Shown one piece after another: positions 38,575 through 48,302 of a DNA stretch of 49,908 nucleotides. The position numbers and the translations under genes are program-made. The DNA is from Desulfobacterales bacterium (GTDB lineage Bacteria > Desulfobacterota > Desulfobacteria > Desulfobacterales > UBA2245), in the NCBI GenBank assembly GCA_040771865.1, contig JAXGZF010000008.1:146722-196629 (forward strand). The letters run 5' to 3'. Numbering within the stretch: position 1 is the first letter of the stretch; every line of letters starts with the position of its first letter. The notes below the pieces were generated by a model. That model did no database searches. It saw only the letters and a program-made list of their open reading frames with translations, and was not told the DNA's origin.

Positions 38575-38989
38575 TTCACCACAAAGATCACAGAGAACGC
38601 GAAGGATAAAAGGGCTTGAACCACGAAGGGCACGAAGAAAAAAGGAATGGAGCCTTTATTCGTATTTTCAAGGCAATAAAAGAATTGTTTCACCACGAAG
38701 ATCACAGAGAACACGAAGAATAAAAGAGCTTGAACGACGAAGGGCATGAAGGACACAAAGAATAAAGAGCTTAAACCACGAAGTTTGAAGCACAATCGCC
38801 AGCGTCTATGAAATCGATCGGGCAAAATTAAAATTTTCTACCCTGAATAATGGATTTTACAACAATATCGGTATGTTAAAATATTCTAAAAAGCATACAA
38901 AAATAAAGATCTTCATTCCGCTAAACCTTCGTGTCCTTCGTGCCCTTCGTGGTAAAAGTTCTTTCGTTCTTAAACCTTCGCGGTAAAAA
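38575..38989. repeat. NNCACGAAG array R4: forward arm, AT-rich core, inverted arm; diverged direct repeat of R1
   Basis: Five forward units at 38575-38785; CTTCGTGTCCTTCGTGCCCTTCGTGGT inverted arm; shared blocks TTTGAAGCA, AAAAAGCATA, TCTTCATTCCGCTAAAC, CTTTCGTTCT with R1. Confidence 0.85.
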
Positions 38990-39081
38990 TGGCTTGGCGC
39001 ACCAGTTTCAATGGTCCGCCGGAACCCCAAGATTCATATCCGGCTCTTGACAAAAAACAGGTCAGGTTATAGAGACCATGC

Positions 39082-39552
39082 ATGAATTTGTCCAGCAAGG
39101 CAGTTCTTTTTCTGGCCACCGGATTCGGCGTCGGAAGAATTCCCTTTGCTCCGGGAACCTTCGGCTCGATCGCGGGATTGCCCTTTTGCCTGATGCTGGC
39201 ATCTGTTTCCAGGCCGGTTTCGGCCGCGCTGCTGGTCGGGTTCATTCTGATCGCCGTTCCGGTCGCTTCGAGGGCAGCGTGCATGCTCGGGGAAAAGGAC
39301 CCAGGGTGCATCGTCATCGATGAAATGGCCGGAATCCTGGTCGCCCTGTGGGGAATCCCTTTCAAGTTTTTGCCGGTTTGCGCCGGCTTTTTGATATTCA
39401 GGGTTCTGGATATTGCCAAACCCTTTCCCATAGGGTATCTTGACAGAACGCTTTCCGGAGGAACGGGAATCGTCGCCGACGATCTGGCGGCGGGTCTGAT
39501 CGGCAATCTTCTGCTCAGAGTTTTCCTTGCGCTGTTCGGAAGGGCAGCGTGA
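39082..39552 (+). CDS. pgpA: Phosphatidylglycerophosphatase A
   Basis: PFAPGTFGS, KDPGCIVIDE, FRVLDIAKPFPI, DDLAAG. Confidence 0.94.
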   Translation: MNLSSKAVLFLATGFGVGRIPFAPGTFGSIAGLPFCLMLASVSRPVSAALLVGFILIAVPVASRAACMLGEKDPGCIVIDEMAGILVALWGIPFKFLPVCAGFLIFRVLDIAKPFPIGYLDRTLSGGTGIVADDLAAGLIGNLLLRVFLALFGRAA

Positions 39553-39603
39553 ATCCGGAATGCTGATAATGATTCGAATTCTTCATAGAAAGTACAGGCC
39601 GTT

Positions 39604-40269
39604 TTGAAATCACAGAGTATATCCGAAGAATCTCAGGCGCCGCAGGAAACTCAGGCGCCTGTCCGGCGCAAGGGCAGGATCCGCGAAAACGTAGAGGTCA
39701 TTCTGATAGCGGTCCTGCTGGCCCTGTTCATCCGTTCATTCATAGTTCAGGCTTTCAAGATTCCTTCCGGATCCATGAAGCAGACCCTGCTGATCGGAGA
39801 TCACATCTTTGTCAACAAGTTCATCTACGGCGTCAAGATCCCCTTCATCAACAAGACCCTGATTCACGTCAAGAATCCCAAACGCGGGGACATCGTGGTG
39901 TTTGAATTTCCCGAGGATCCGGACAAGGACTTCATCAAACGGGTGGTCGGAGAGCCCGGAGACGTCGTGCAGATCATCAATAAGAAGGTCTACGTCAATG
40001 GGGTGGTTGCCGACGATTCCAACAGCATCTACATGGACCCGCACATTCTGCCCTCCCGCGCCCAGCCCAGGGACAATTTCGGACCGGTGACCGTTCCGGA
40101 AAATTCCCTGTTCGTTATGGGCGACAACCGGGATCAGAGCTACGACAGCCGGTTCTGGGGATTCGTGAGTCTCGATGCGGTCAAGGGCAAGGCGTTTATC
40201 ATTTACTGGTCCTGGAACAAGGAAAGATTCGGGGTTCGATGGGACCGGCTCGGCAAAATTCTAAGATAA
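39604..40269 (+). CDS. lepB: Signal peptidase I
   Basis: IPSGSM, GDIVVF, FIKRVVG, GDNRDQSYDSRFWG. Confidence 0.95.
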   Translation: MKSQSISEESQAPQETQAPVRRKGRIRENVEVILIAVLLALFIRSFIVQAFKIPSGSMKQTLLIGDHIFVNKFIYGVKIPFINKTLIHVKNPKRGDIVVFEFPEDPDKDFIKRVVGEPGDVVQIINKKVYVNGVVADDSNSIYMDPHILPSRAQPRDNFGPVTVPENSLFVMGDNRDQSYDSRFWGFVSLDAVKGKAFIIYWSWNKERFGVRWDRLGKILR

Positions 40270-40284
40270 AGCGTCAGGAGGCGC

Positions 40285-41226
40285 ATGGGGGCATCACCTA
40301 AAAAAGACATTCTGGACATTTCGTCGCTCAGCGCGGAAGAGATCACGTCGATTCTGGACACCGCCGAGCAGATGAAGGAAATATCTCAACGGCCCATCAA
40401 GAAGGTGCCGACCCTTCGAGGAAAAACCGTGGTGCTTTTCTTCCACGAGCCCAGCACCCGGACCCGAATGTCCTTTGAAATCGCGGCCAAGAGGCTCAGC
40501 GCCGATACGGTTTCGATTTCCGCAAGCACCAGCAGCATGGTCAAGGGGGAAACCCTGATCGATACGGCCAGAAACCTTCAGGCGATGAACCCGGACGTCA
40601 TCGTGATCCGGCATGCGTGCAGCGGCGCGCCCCGGATGCTGGCCGGGCGGGTCAGGGCCTCGATCGTCAACGCCGGAGACGGCCTGCACGCCCATCCGTC
40701 CCAGGCCCTGCTCGACATGCTGACGGTCCGGCAGCGCAAGGGCGGTCTCAAGGGGCTTCGAATCGCCATTATCGGGGATATTGCCCACAGCCGGGTGGCC
40801 CGGTCCGATTTTGCGGGATTCACCCGAATGGGCGCGAAAGTGATCGCCTGCGGGCCGCCGACCATGATTCCCAGCGGCCTCGATGCTCTGGGCGTTTCCG
40901 TGACCTACGATGCGGATGAGGCGGTGCGCGGCGCCGACGTGGTCATGATGCTGCGCATTCAGAAGGAACGGCTCAAGGGATTCTTCTTTTCAACGGAACG
41001 CGAATATGCAGGCGCCTACGGATTGAACGCCGAACGGCTGAAGCTGGCCGCAAAGGACGTTCTGGTCATGCATCCGGGACCGGTGAACCGCGGGGTGGAG
41101 ATCAGCCCGGAAATCGCCGATGGACCCTGGTCGGTCATACTGGAACAGGTGGCCAACGGGGTGGCCGTCCGCATGGCGCTGTTGCTGCTCGTGGCAGGAG
41201 GTGTGCGAGATGCTGACGCGGATTAA
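40285..41226 (+). CDS. pyrB: Aspartate carbamoyltransferase catalytic subunit
   Basis: [31 protein letters not shown]. Confidence 0.97.
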   Translation: MGASPKKDILDISSLSAEEITSILDTAEQMKEISQRPIKKVPTLRGKTVVLFFHEPSTRTRMSFEIAAKRLSADTVSISASTSSMVKGETLIDTARNLQAMNPDVIVIRHACSGAPRMLAGRVRASIVNAGDGLHAHPSQALLDMLTVRQRKGGLKGLRIAIIGDIAHSRVARSDFAGFTRMGAKVIACGPPTMIPSGLDALGVSVTYDADEAVRGADVVMMLRIQKERLKGFFFSTEREYAGAYGLNAERLKLAAKDVLVMHPGPVNRGVEISPEIADGPWSVILEQVANGVAVRMALLLLVAGGVRDADAD

Positions 41227-42505
41227 GGGCGGACGGGTCGTGGACCCCGGAAACATCGACGGCGTCGCCGATGTCTGGATTCAGGATGAAAAGATTCTGC
41301 GCGTGGTTCCGCAGGGTCAGGCGGATGAAAATTCAGAGGCTTCCGGCGCGCCCGACCGGGTGATCGACGCCAATGGCTGGATCGTCGCGCCCGGCTTGAT
41401 CGATATGCACGTGCATTTCCGGGAACCCGGAGAGGAATACAAGGAAACCATCGAAACCGGATGCGCCGCCGCCGCCGCGGGCGGTTTCACGGCGGTCTGC
41501 ACCATGCCCAACACGCGGCCGGTCAACGACTGCCTTCAGGTGACGGAGTTCATACTTGAACAGGCGGAAAAAGCCTGCGGGGTTCGCGTGCATCCCGTGG
41601 CCGCGGTCAGCATGGGGCTCGAGGGAAAGGCGCTCTGCGAATACGCCGAGCTCAAGCGGGCCGGGGTCATCGCCCTGTCCGACGACGGCCGGCCGGTGAC
41701 GAGCAGCCTGCTGATGAGAAGAGCCCTTGAATACGCAAAGGGATTCGGGCTTTTGATCATATCGCACTGCGAGGACCCGGACCTGGCGCCCGGAGGCGTC
41801 ATGAACGAGGGACCCGCAGCCACGCGCATGGGGCTTCAGGGAATTCCCAACGCCGTGGAAAGCATCATGGTAATGCGGGACATCGCCCTGGCCGAGCTGA
41901 CCGGCGGCCGGCTGCACATCGCCCATGTGAGCACGCTGGAATCGGTGCGCGCGATTCGGGACGCCAAGAAGCGGGGAGTTCGAGTGACGGCGGAAACCGC
42001 CCCGCACTATTTCACCCTGATCGATGAAAACGTCGGGGCCTACAACACCCATGCCAAGATGAATCCGCCCCTGCGTTCCGAAAAGGACCGGGAGGCGGTG
42101 ATCGCGGGCCTGGCCGACGGCACGATCGACGCGATCGCCACGGACCACGCGCCGCACAGCAGCCTTGAAAAAGACCTGGAGTTTGACCTTGCCGCCAACG
42201 GCATCATCGGCCTGGAAACCTCCCTGCCCCTGTCTTTGAAGCTGGTTGCATCCGGGGCGCTTTCCATGCCGGACCTGATTCGCAAGATGTCGAAAAATCC
42301 CGCCCGCATTCTGAACCTTACGCGCGAGATCCGGCCGGGCGCAATCGCCGACCTGACCCTGATCGATCCGAATGCCAAATATCGCATTCAGGCCGAAAAC
42401 TTCCGGTCCCGCAGCCGCAACACGCCTTTTGACGGATGGGAGGCAACAGGAAGGGCGGTGGGAACGATTGTGGGGGGGAAGATTGTTTGGAGGGCTGAGG
42501 GATGA
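41210..42505 (+). CDS. pyrC: Dihydroorotase
   Basis: [38 protein letters not shown] at 41210 overlapping pyrB. Confidence 0.95.
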   Translation: MLTRIKGGRVVDPGNIDGVADVWIQDEKILRVVPQGQADENSEASGAPDRVIDANGWIVAPGLIDMHVHFREPGEEYKETIETGCAAAAAGGFTAVCTMPNTRPVNDCLQVTEFILEQAEKACGVRVHPVAAVSMGLEGKALCEYAELKRAGVIALSDDGRPVTSSLLMRRALEYAKGFGLLIISHCEDPDLAPGGVMNEGPAATRMGLQGIPNAVESIMVMRDIALAELTGGRLHIAHVSTLESVRAIRDAKKRGVRVTAETAPHYFTLIDENVGAYNTHAKMNPPLRSEKDREAVIAGLADGTIDAIATDHAPHSSLEKDLEFDLAANGIIGLETSLPLSLKLVASGALSMPDLIRKMSKNPARILNLTREIRPGAIADLTLIDPNAKYRIQAENFRSRSRNTPFDGWEATGRAVGTIVGGKIVWRAEG

Positions 42506-42635
42506 GACCTGAAACCTGAGGGGAAGCAGAGGGATGAGGGCTGAAACCTGAGACCTGAAGGGGAAAGATGAGGGCTGAGGGATGAGACTTGAAAGAAGAG
42601 GGCTGAAAGATGAGGGATGAGGCCTGAAAGCTGAA
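42490..42635 (+). repeat. Heptamer tandem array (GAGGGAT/GAGGGCT/GAAACCT/GAGACCT; consensus GARRSMT, about 20 units)
   Basis: Read directly from the sequence; begins in the last codons of pyrC; reverse-complement units at 43035-43082 and 43628-43650. Confidence 0.85.
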
Positions 42636-42644
42636 AAAAAAAGG

Positions 42645-43019
42645 ATGGAGAGGGTTGAAGACTGGAAGGAAATGATGCGGCAGCGGACCTGGCGGTTCGC
42701 ATCCCTGATCATTCGTTTTTACTGCACGTTGCCGAAAAACAGAATGGAATGTCAGGTGATCGGCAAGCAGCTTCTCCGGTCCGGCACATCGGTAGCCGCC
42801 AACTACCGGGAAGCATCCAGAGCGCGAAGCAACGCCGAGTTTATTTCAAAAATTGAGCTGTGTGTCCAGGAAGCCGACGAAACCTCTCTCCGGCTTGAAC
42901 TCCTTCGCGACGACTGCGGCATCGTATCTGAACGGCTCGTTGAATTACTTGATGAATCCAACCAACTGATCTCGATATTTGTTACGATGTCGAAAAATGT
43001 AAAGAAACGCCAACAATGA
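42645..43019 (+). CDS. Four-helix-bundle protein (23S rRNA IVS / Avd-like family)
   Basis: IGKQLLRSGTSVAANYREASRARSNAEFISK...EADET..LELL; true start may be 42672. Confidence 0.9.
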   Translation: MERVEDWKEMMRQRTWRFASLIIRFYCTLPKNRMECQVIGKQLLRSGTSVAANYREASRARSNAEFISKIELCVQEADETSLRLELLRDDCGIVSERLVELLDESNQLISIFVTMSKNVKKRQQ

Positions 43020-43095
43020 AAAACCACACCCACACTCAGGTTTCATTCCTCAGCCCTCCTCCGACCCCTCTAAAGTCTCAGCATAAGAGGTCGCC

Positions 43096-43609
43096 ATGAA
43101 CGAAATCATACCCATAGAAAACATCTCCAAACTGATTTACCAGGTTCGCGGCCAAAAGGTGATGTTGGACTGTGATTTGGCTGAGCTCTATGGTGTCGAA
43201 ACCAGGGTGCTAAATCAGGCTGTCAGAAGAAACATAGAGCGTTTTCCTGAAGATTTTATGATAGCCCTTACCCGTGATGAGATTTCAAGGATATCACAAA
43301 TTGTGACATCCTCTAATATCAAGTATGCAAAAAGAGTTCACGCTTTTACCGAACAGGGTGTGGCCATGCTTTCCAGTATTCTGCGAAGCAGATCAGCCAT
43401 TCAGATCAATATCCAGATCATGCGGGCATTTACCAAGCTCAGACAGCTCATATTCGACAGTGCCGATCTTCGCCGCGAAATTGAAGAATTACGTCATGAA
43501 ACCGACGGCAGGTTTCGAATAGTTTTCCAAACCTTGGAACAATTGCTGACACAGGGGAAAAAGCCTCAAAAGAAAATCGGTTTTACGGCAAAAGAAAAGG
43601 AGGCCGGAT

Positions 43610-43620
<11 letters not shown>
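43096..43620 (+). CDS. ORF6N-domain DNA-binding protein
   Basis: VRGQKVMLDCDLAELYGVET..LNQAVRRNIERFPEDFM, AFTEQGVAMLSSIL, KKIGF. Confidence 0.9.
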
Positions 43621-45031
<1,411 letters not shown>

Positions 45032-45056
45032 TTCGGTCGGATAAACAACAATTATT

Positions 45057-45081
45057 TGTCGGGATGTGACAAAAATTGTCA
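45057..45081. promoter_or_regulatory. Putative enhancer (UAS) for PilR
   Basis: Overlapping palindromes TGTC-N7-GACA and TGACAA-AAA-TTGTCA about 110-135 bp upstream of the sigma54 site. Confidence 0.45.
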
Positions 45082-45190
45082 TTCCTTCAGGGCCTGCGGC
45101 GCATTCATTTTCCGAGTTCATATTTTTGGGGGAACCTGATTCGGGCTCTGTTCCGGCGGGTTGTCAATTTATTTTTCATATTTTATATTC

Positions 45191-45206
45191 TGGCATCCTA
45201 ATTGCT
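45191..45206 (+). promoter_or_regulatory. sigma54 promoter of pilA
   Basis: TGGCATCCTAATTGCT (GG-N10-GC). Confidence 0.8.
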
Positions 45207-45279
45207 TAAATATCTGGCAACGGTTCAGAAAAGCATTTTCAAGCGCGAATAAACAACAATTTTTTAAAGGAGGTTTTTT

Positions 45280-45675
45280 ATGTTGCAGAAACTCAGAGGA
45301 AACAACAGCAAGGGCTTCACGCTGATCGAGTTGATGATCGTCGTGGCCATCATCGGCATTCTGGCCGCCATTGCCATTCCGAACTTTCTGAAGTACCAGT
45401 GCAAGGCCAAGCAGAGCGAGGCCAAGTCCAACCTGGGCTCACTCCGGGTTGCACAGGAAGCCTATTATGCCGAGTGTGATACATACAAAAGTGGCACAAC
45501 TGGCTATGGTTTTAACGTAAAAGGAGATGCCAGATACGTTTATGACGCTACTGGCAGTACAACTGGATTTACTGCCACAGCCACTGCTGCTAATGTTGGG
45601 GATGGTGATCTTTGGACCATGACCGCCAGCGCAGACGGCCTGACCCTTACAAATAGCACCAATGGATGCGATTGA
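45280..45675 (+). CDS. pilA: Type IVa major pilin
   Basis: [36 protein letters not shown] prepilin motif; AGGAGG RBS. Confidence 0.95.
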   Translation: MLQKLRGNNSKGFTLIELMIVVAIIGILAAIAIPNFLKYQCKAKQSEAKSNLGSLRVAQEAYYAECDTYKSGTTGYGFNVKGDARYVYDATGSTTGFTATATAANVGDGDLWTMTASADGLTLTNSTNGCD

Positions 45676-45698
45676 ACAATTGTGAAATTGGATACCGG

Positions 45699-45740
45699 GC
45701 TTCCTCTCTTTCCCGTTAAGGGAAGAGAGGAAGCTTTTTT
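45699..45740 (+). terminator. Intrinsic terminator after pilA
   Basis: GCTTCCTCTCTTTCCC-GTTAA-GGGAAGAGAGGAAGC followed by TTTTTT. Confidence 0.85.
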
Positions 45741-45883
45741 ACCAAAAAGCAAATACAATAATGTCGCTTTGCCTATATGAAAATGCAAACGATAATACTT
45801 TTGACAAATGGGGGGATTTTACAGCATTTTATGTGTCCGCATGTGGTTCATAATTTCAACCTTTTGAAATAACGCCTTCCATC

Positions 45884-46579
45884 GTGACAAAGCGGTGTCT
45901 CCTTCCAATCGTTCTTCTATTATTCGCCTTTTCGGTATGGCTTCAGGCTGACTTGGTTTCCAGAAAATACGGGCAATTTATTCCCATTGAAGACTGCCCG
46001 TGGTGTGAAGATACTACGCTGCAAGACGATGCGGCCTTTATTCCCGTCCGGGCCGATATCCTGAAGCTGCTTGCCCCGGCGGACCCCCATTTCATTTCAA
46101 ATGTTCTTTGGGTCCGGGCGATGTACTATTTCGGCACGCACGCCCTGACCGACCGGCAGTATCCCTACCTGTTTCATCTGCTGGATCTGATCACCGATCT
46201 TTCCCCGCTCTGGGATCATCCCTATTATTTCGGCGCCGTCGTTCTGCCCTTTGAGGCCGATGCGGCGGAAGACGGCCTGTATCTGATCGAAAAAGGGCTT
46301 GTATATCATCTGGATAACTGGCAATTATGGTTTTTCAAGGGGTTCTGCCGCTGGAAGGCCTTTGGCGACACCATATCCGCGGCCGAGGACCTGCATCGGG
46401 CCTCGCTTCTACCGGACGCGCCGGTCTATCTGGCGGCCCTTTCCGCAACCCTGGCAACGCAGGCAGGCCAGAAGGAGCTGGCGCTTCGCTTTCTGGAGGA
46501 GGCCCGGAACAATCTCAGTGATCCGCTGCACCAGAAGCTTCTGGCGGACAAGATCGAGGAGATATTGAAAGGTGAGTGA
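45884..46579 (+). CDS. Pilin-associated TPR-like membrane protein
   Basis: N-terminal TM, LWVRAMYYFG, LITDLSP, helical TPR-like C-terminal half; typical position between pilA and ABC genes. Confidence 0.7.
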   Translation: MTKRCLLPIVLLLFAFSVWLQADLVSRKYGQFIPIEDCPWCEDTTLQDDAAFIPVRADILKLLAPADPHFISNVLWVRAMYYFGTHALTDRQYPYLFHLLDLITDLSPLWDHPYYFGAVVLPFEADAAEDGLYLIEKGLVYHLDNWQLWFFKGFCRWKAFGDTISAAEDLHRASLLPDAPVYLAALSATLATQAGQKELALRFLEEARNNLSDPLHQKLLADKIEEILKGE

Positions 46580-47510
46580 ATTCGCCCTGGAGTGGAGATC
46601 GGTTTCTTTTTCCGTACCCCACGGTTTCTGGATGCGGCCGAAAACCATCCTTCGCGGGCTGGACCTGGCTGTTGAGCCGGGAAGCGCCGTCGGGCTGGTG
46701 GGCCCCAACGGCGCGGGCAAGACCACGACCCTGAAACTCGGGGCCGGGCTCATTCGGCCCGAATCCGGCCAAGTGCTGATCAACGGTCAGCCCGCCACGA
46801 GATCCCAAAGCCGGAGACGCCTCGGCCTGCTCACCGAAACCCAGTATGTCTATCCGCATCTGAGACTGAAAGAGTGGCTGGCCATGGCCGCGGCCCTGTC
46901 CGGCTGGAAGGGTTCCGAGTGCCGCACAAGGGTCGATGATGCCCTTCAGCGCATGGAACTCACCGGTCAGGCGGATCAGGCGATGCGGACCCTTTCAAAA
47001 GGCCAGACCCAGCGCGCGGGCATCGCCCAGGCCTTTGTTCACGAGCCGGACATACTGCTGCTGGACGAGCCCATGAGCGGGCTGGATCCTTTCTGGCGTT
47101 TTAAGGTTCAGCAGATGCTGATGCAATATAAAGCTTCCGGCGGAACCCTCTTTTTCAGTTCTCATATACTTTCCGATGTCGAACGGATTTCCGATCAGGT
47201 CGCCCTCATTTCGGACGGCGCCATTCGATGGCAGGGCAGGCTGTCCGATATGCCGCGCAGGCTCACGGGATACGAGGTGCGGTGCCGGGCTGACAATCCG
47301 TCCCTTCTGGAAAAATACGCCCGAAACAGCCGGGTCGAGCTTCAGCCGGACGGGGCTTGTATTTTGTCCGTGGGTCCGGAACAAAAGGAGGCGCTGCTGA
47401 ATGCATGCGCCGCGGGCCATGTCGCCATCGAGTCTTTGATGCCCATCCGTCCGCATATCGAGGAAGTGCTGTTTGAATTCAACCTGCTTTCCGGGGAGAA
47501 AAGTGAATGA
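46572..47510 (+). CDS. ABC transporter ATP-binding protein (pilin-associated)
   Basis: GPNGAGKTT, LSKGQTQR, LLLDEPMSGLDP, SSHILSDVE. Confidence 0.93.
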   Translation: MSEFALEWRSVSFSVPHGFWMRPKTILRGLDLAVEPGSAVGLVGPNGAGKTTTLKLGAGLIRPESGQVLINGQPATRSQSRRRLGLLTETQYVYPHLRLKEWLAMAAALSGWKGSECRTRVDDALQRMELTGQADQAMRTLSKGQTQRAGIAQAFVHEPDILLLDEPMSGLDPFWRFKVQQMLMQYKASGGTLFFSSHILSDVERISDQVALISDGAIRWQGRLSDMPRRLTGYEVRCRADNPSLLEKYARNSRVELQPDGACILSVGPEQKEALLNACAAGHVAIESLMPIRPHIEEVLFEFNLLSGEKSE

Positions 47511-48289
47511 GCCGGCTTGCCTGGATACAGATGCGGGCCATTGCCGTTAATGTCTGGAAGGCCTCGGTCCGGGACAGAATCCTGCTGATTCTCTGGGCAA
47601 CGGCTCTGCTTTTCATCTTTTTTTCCTTGGTTCTGGCAAAGATGGTTGTCGGAAGCGAAGAAATGGCCCTGCAGACCGCCGGATTCTGGATTGTGGGCAT
47701 ATGGGGGCTGATCAGCGTACTTTATCTCGGGTCCAATATCGTACGCCAGGAAATTTATCAGAAAACCATATACTTTGTCCTGTCCCGGCCGGTTCACCGG
47801 ACCTCCTTTCTGCTGGGGAAGTTTTTTGGAATGATCGTCATTCTGGCCTCGCTGTTCGTCATTCTGGCCTTGTGCTGGCTGCTGTTGCTCCTGTCAAAGG
47901 GCGTGCCCCTGAATGCCGGTCATTTCATCGCGCTGGGATTTATTTTCGGAGAATGGGTTCTTCTCGCGTCTTTCAGCCTGTTTTTTGCCGCGTTCACCTC
48001 ACCCCTGCTGCATAATTTCTTTCTCGTGGGCCTGAGTTTTCTGGGGCACTGGAGCCGGGACCTGTATCTTTTTTCGCAAAACGCCCATAGCGCCATTGCC
48101 AAAACCCTGCTTTCCGTCATCTATCATGTTTTGCCCAACCTCGACGCCCTGAATTTCCGGCAGGCGGCGCTTTACAACGAACCGATCAACGCCGGCCTGC
48201 TGATGGTGGCAGGGGGCGTGCTGCTGGCCTGGATGCTCACCGCCCTGGTTTGCGCCAATCTCATTTTCGGCCGCAGAAAGCTTTTGTGA
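47507..48289 (+). CDS. ABC-2 type permease (pilin-associated)
   Basis: About 6 TMs, EIYQKTIYFVLSRPV..FLLGKF, LPNLDALN. Confidence 0.85.
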   Translation: MSRLAWIQMRAIAVNVWKASVRDRILLILWATALLFIFFSLVLAKMVVGSEEMALQTAGFWIVGIWGLISVLYLGSNIVRQEIYQKTIYFVLSRPVHRTSFLLGKFFGMIVILASLFVILALCWLLLLLSKGVPLNAGHFIALGFIFGEWVLLASFSLFFAAFTSPLLHNFFLVGLSFLGHWSRDLYLFSQNAHSAIAKTLLSVIYHVLPNLDALNFRQAALYNEPINAGLLMVAGGVLLAWMLTALVCANLIFGRRKLL

Positions 48290-48302
48290 GGAGTCATGAA
48301 CG

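Noticed and set aside
38460..38825. Hydrophobic ORF with repeated FVVQALL (also 36369-36707 and 34932-35318 minus, and the 35174 extension of larC)
   Set aside because: These are translations of the 9-mer repeat arrays, which stay open because the period is a multiple of 3; no RBS or family motifs
38854..38881. Chromosomal dif site
   Set aside because: XerD-like arm is 9/11, but the XerC arm is poor and the motif is not conserved in sister element R1
33438..38989. CRISPR or TIGR-type guide array interpretation of the ~42-bp periodic repeats
   Set aside because: No unique spacers (the variable parts are degenerate copies of the same 9-mer or linker), arms occur in both orientations, and no cas or Nop-domain gene is in the window
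41333..42712. 459-aa minus-strand ORF with a Ser/Pro/Leu-rich start
   Set aside because: Antisense shadow of pyrC plus the heptamer array
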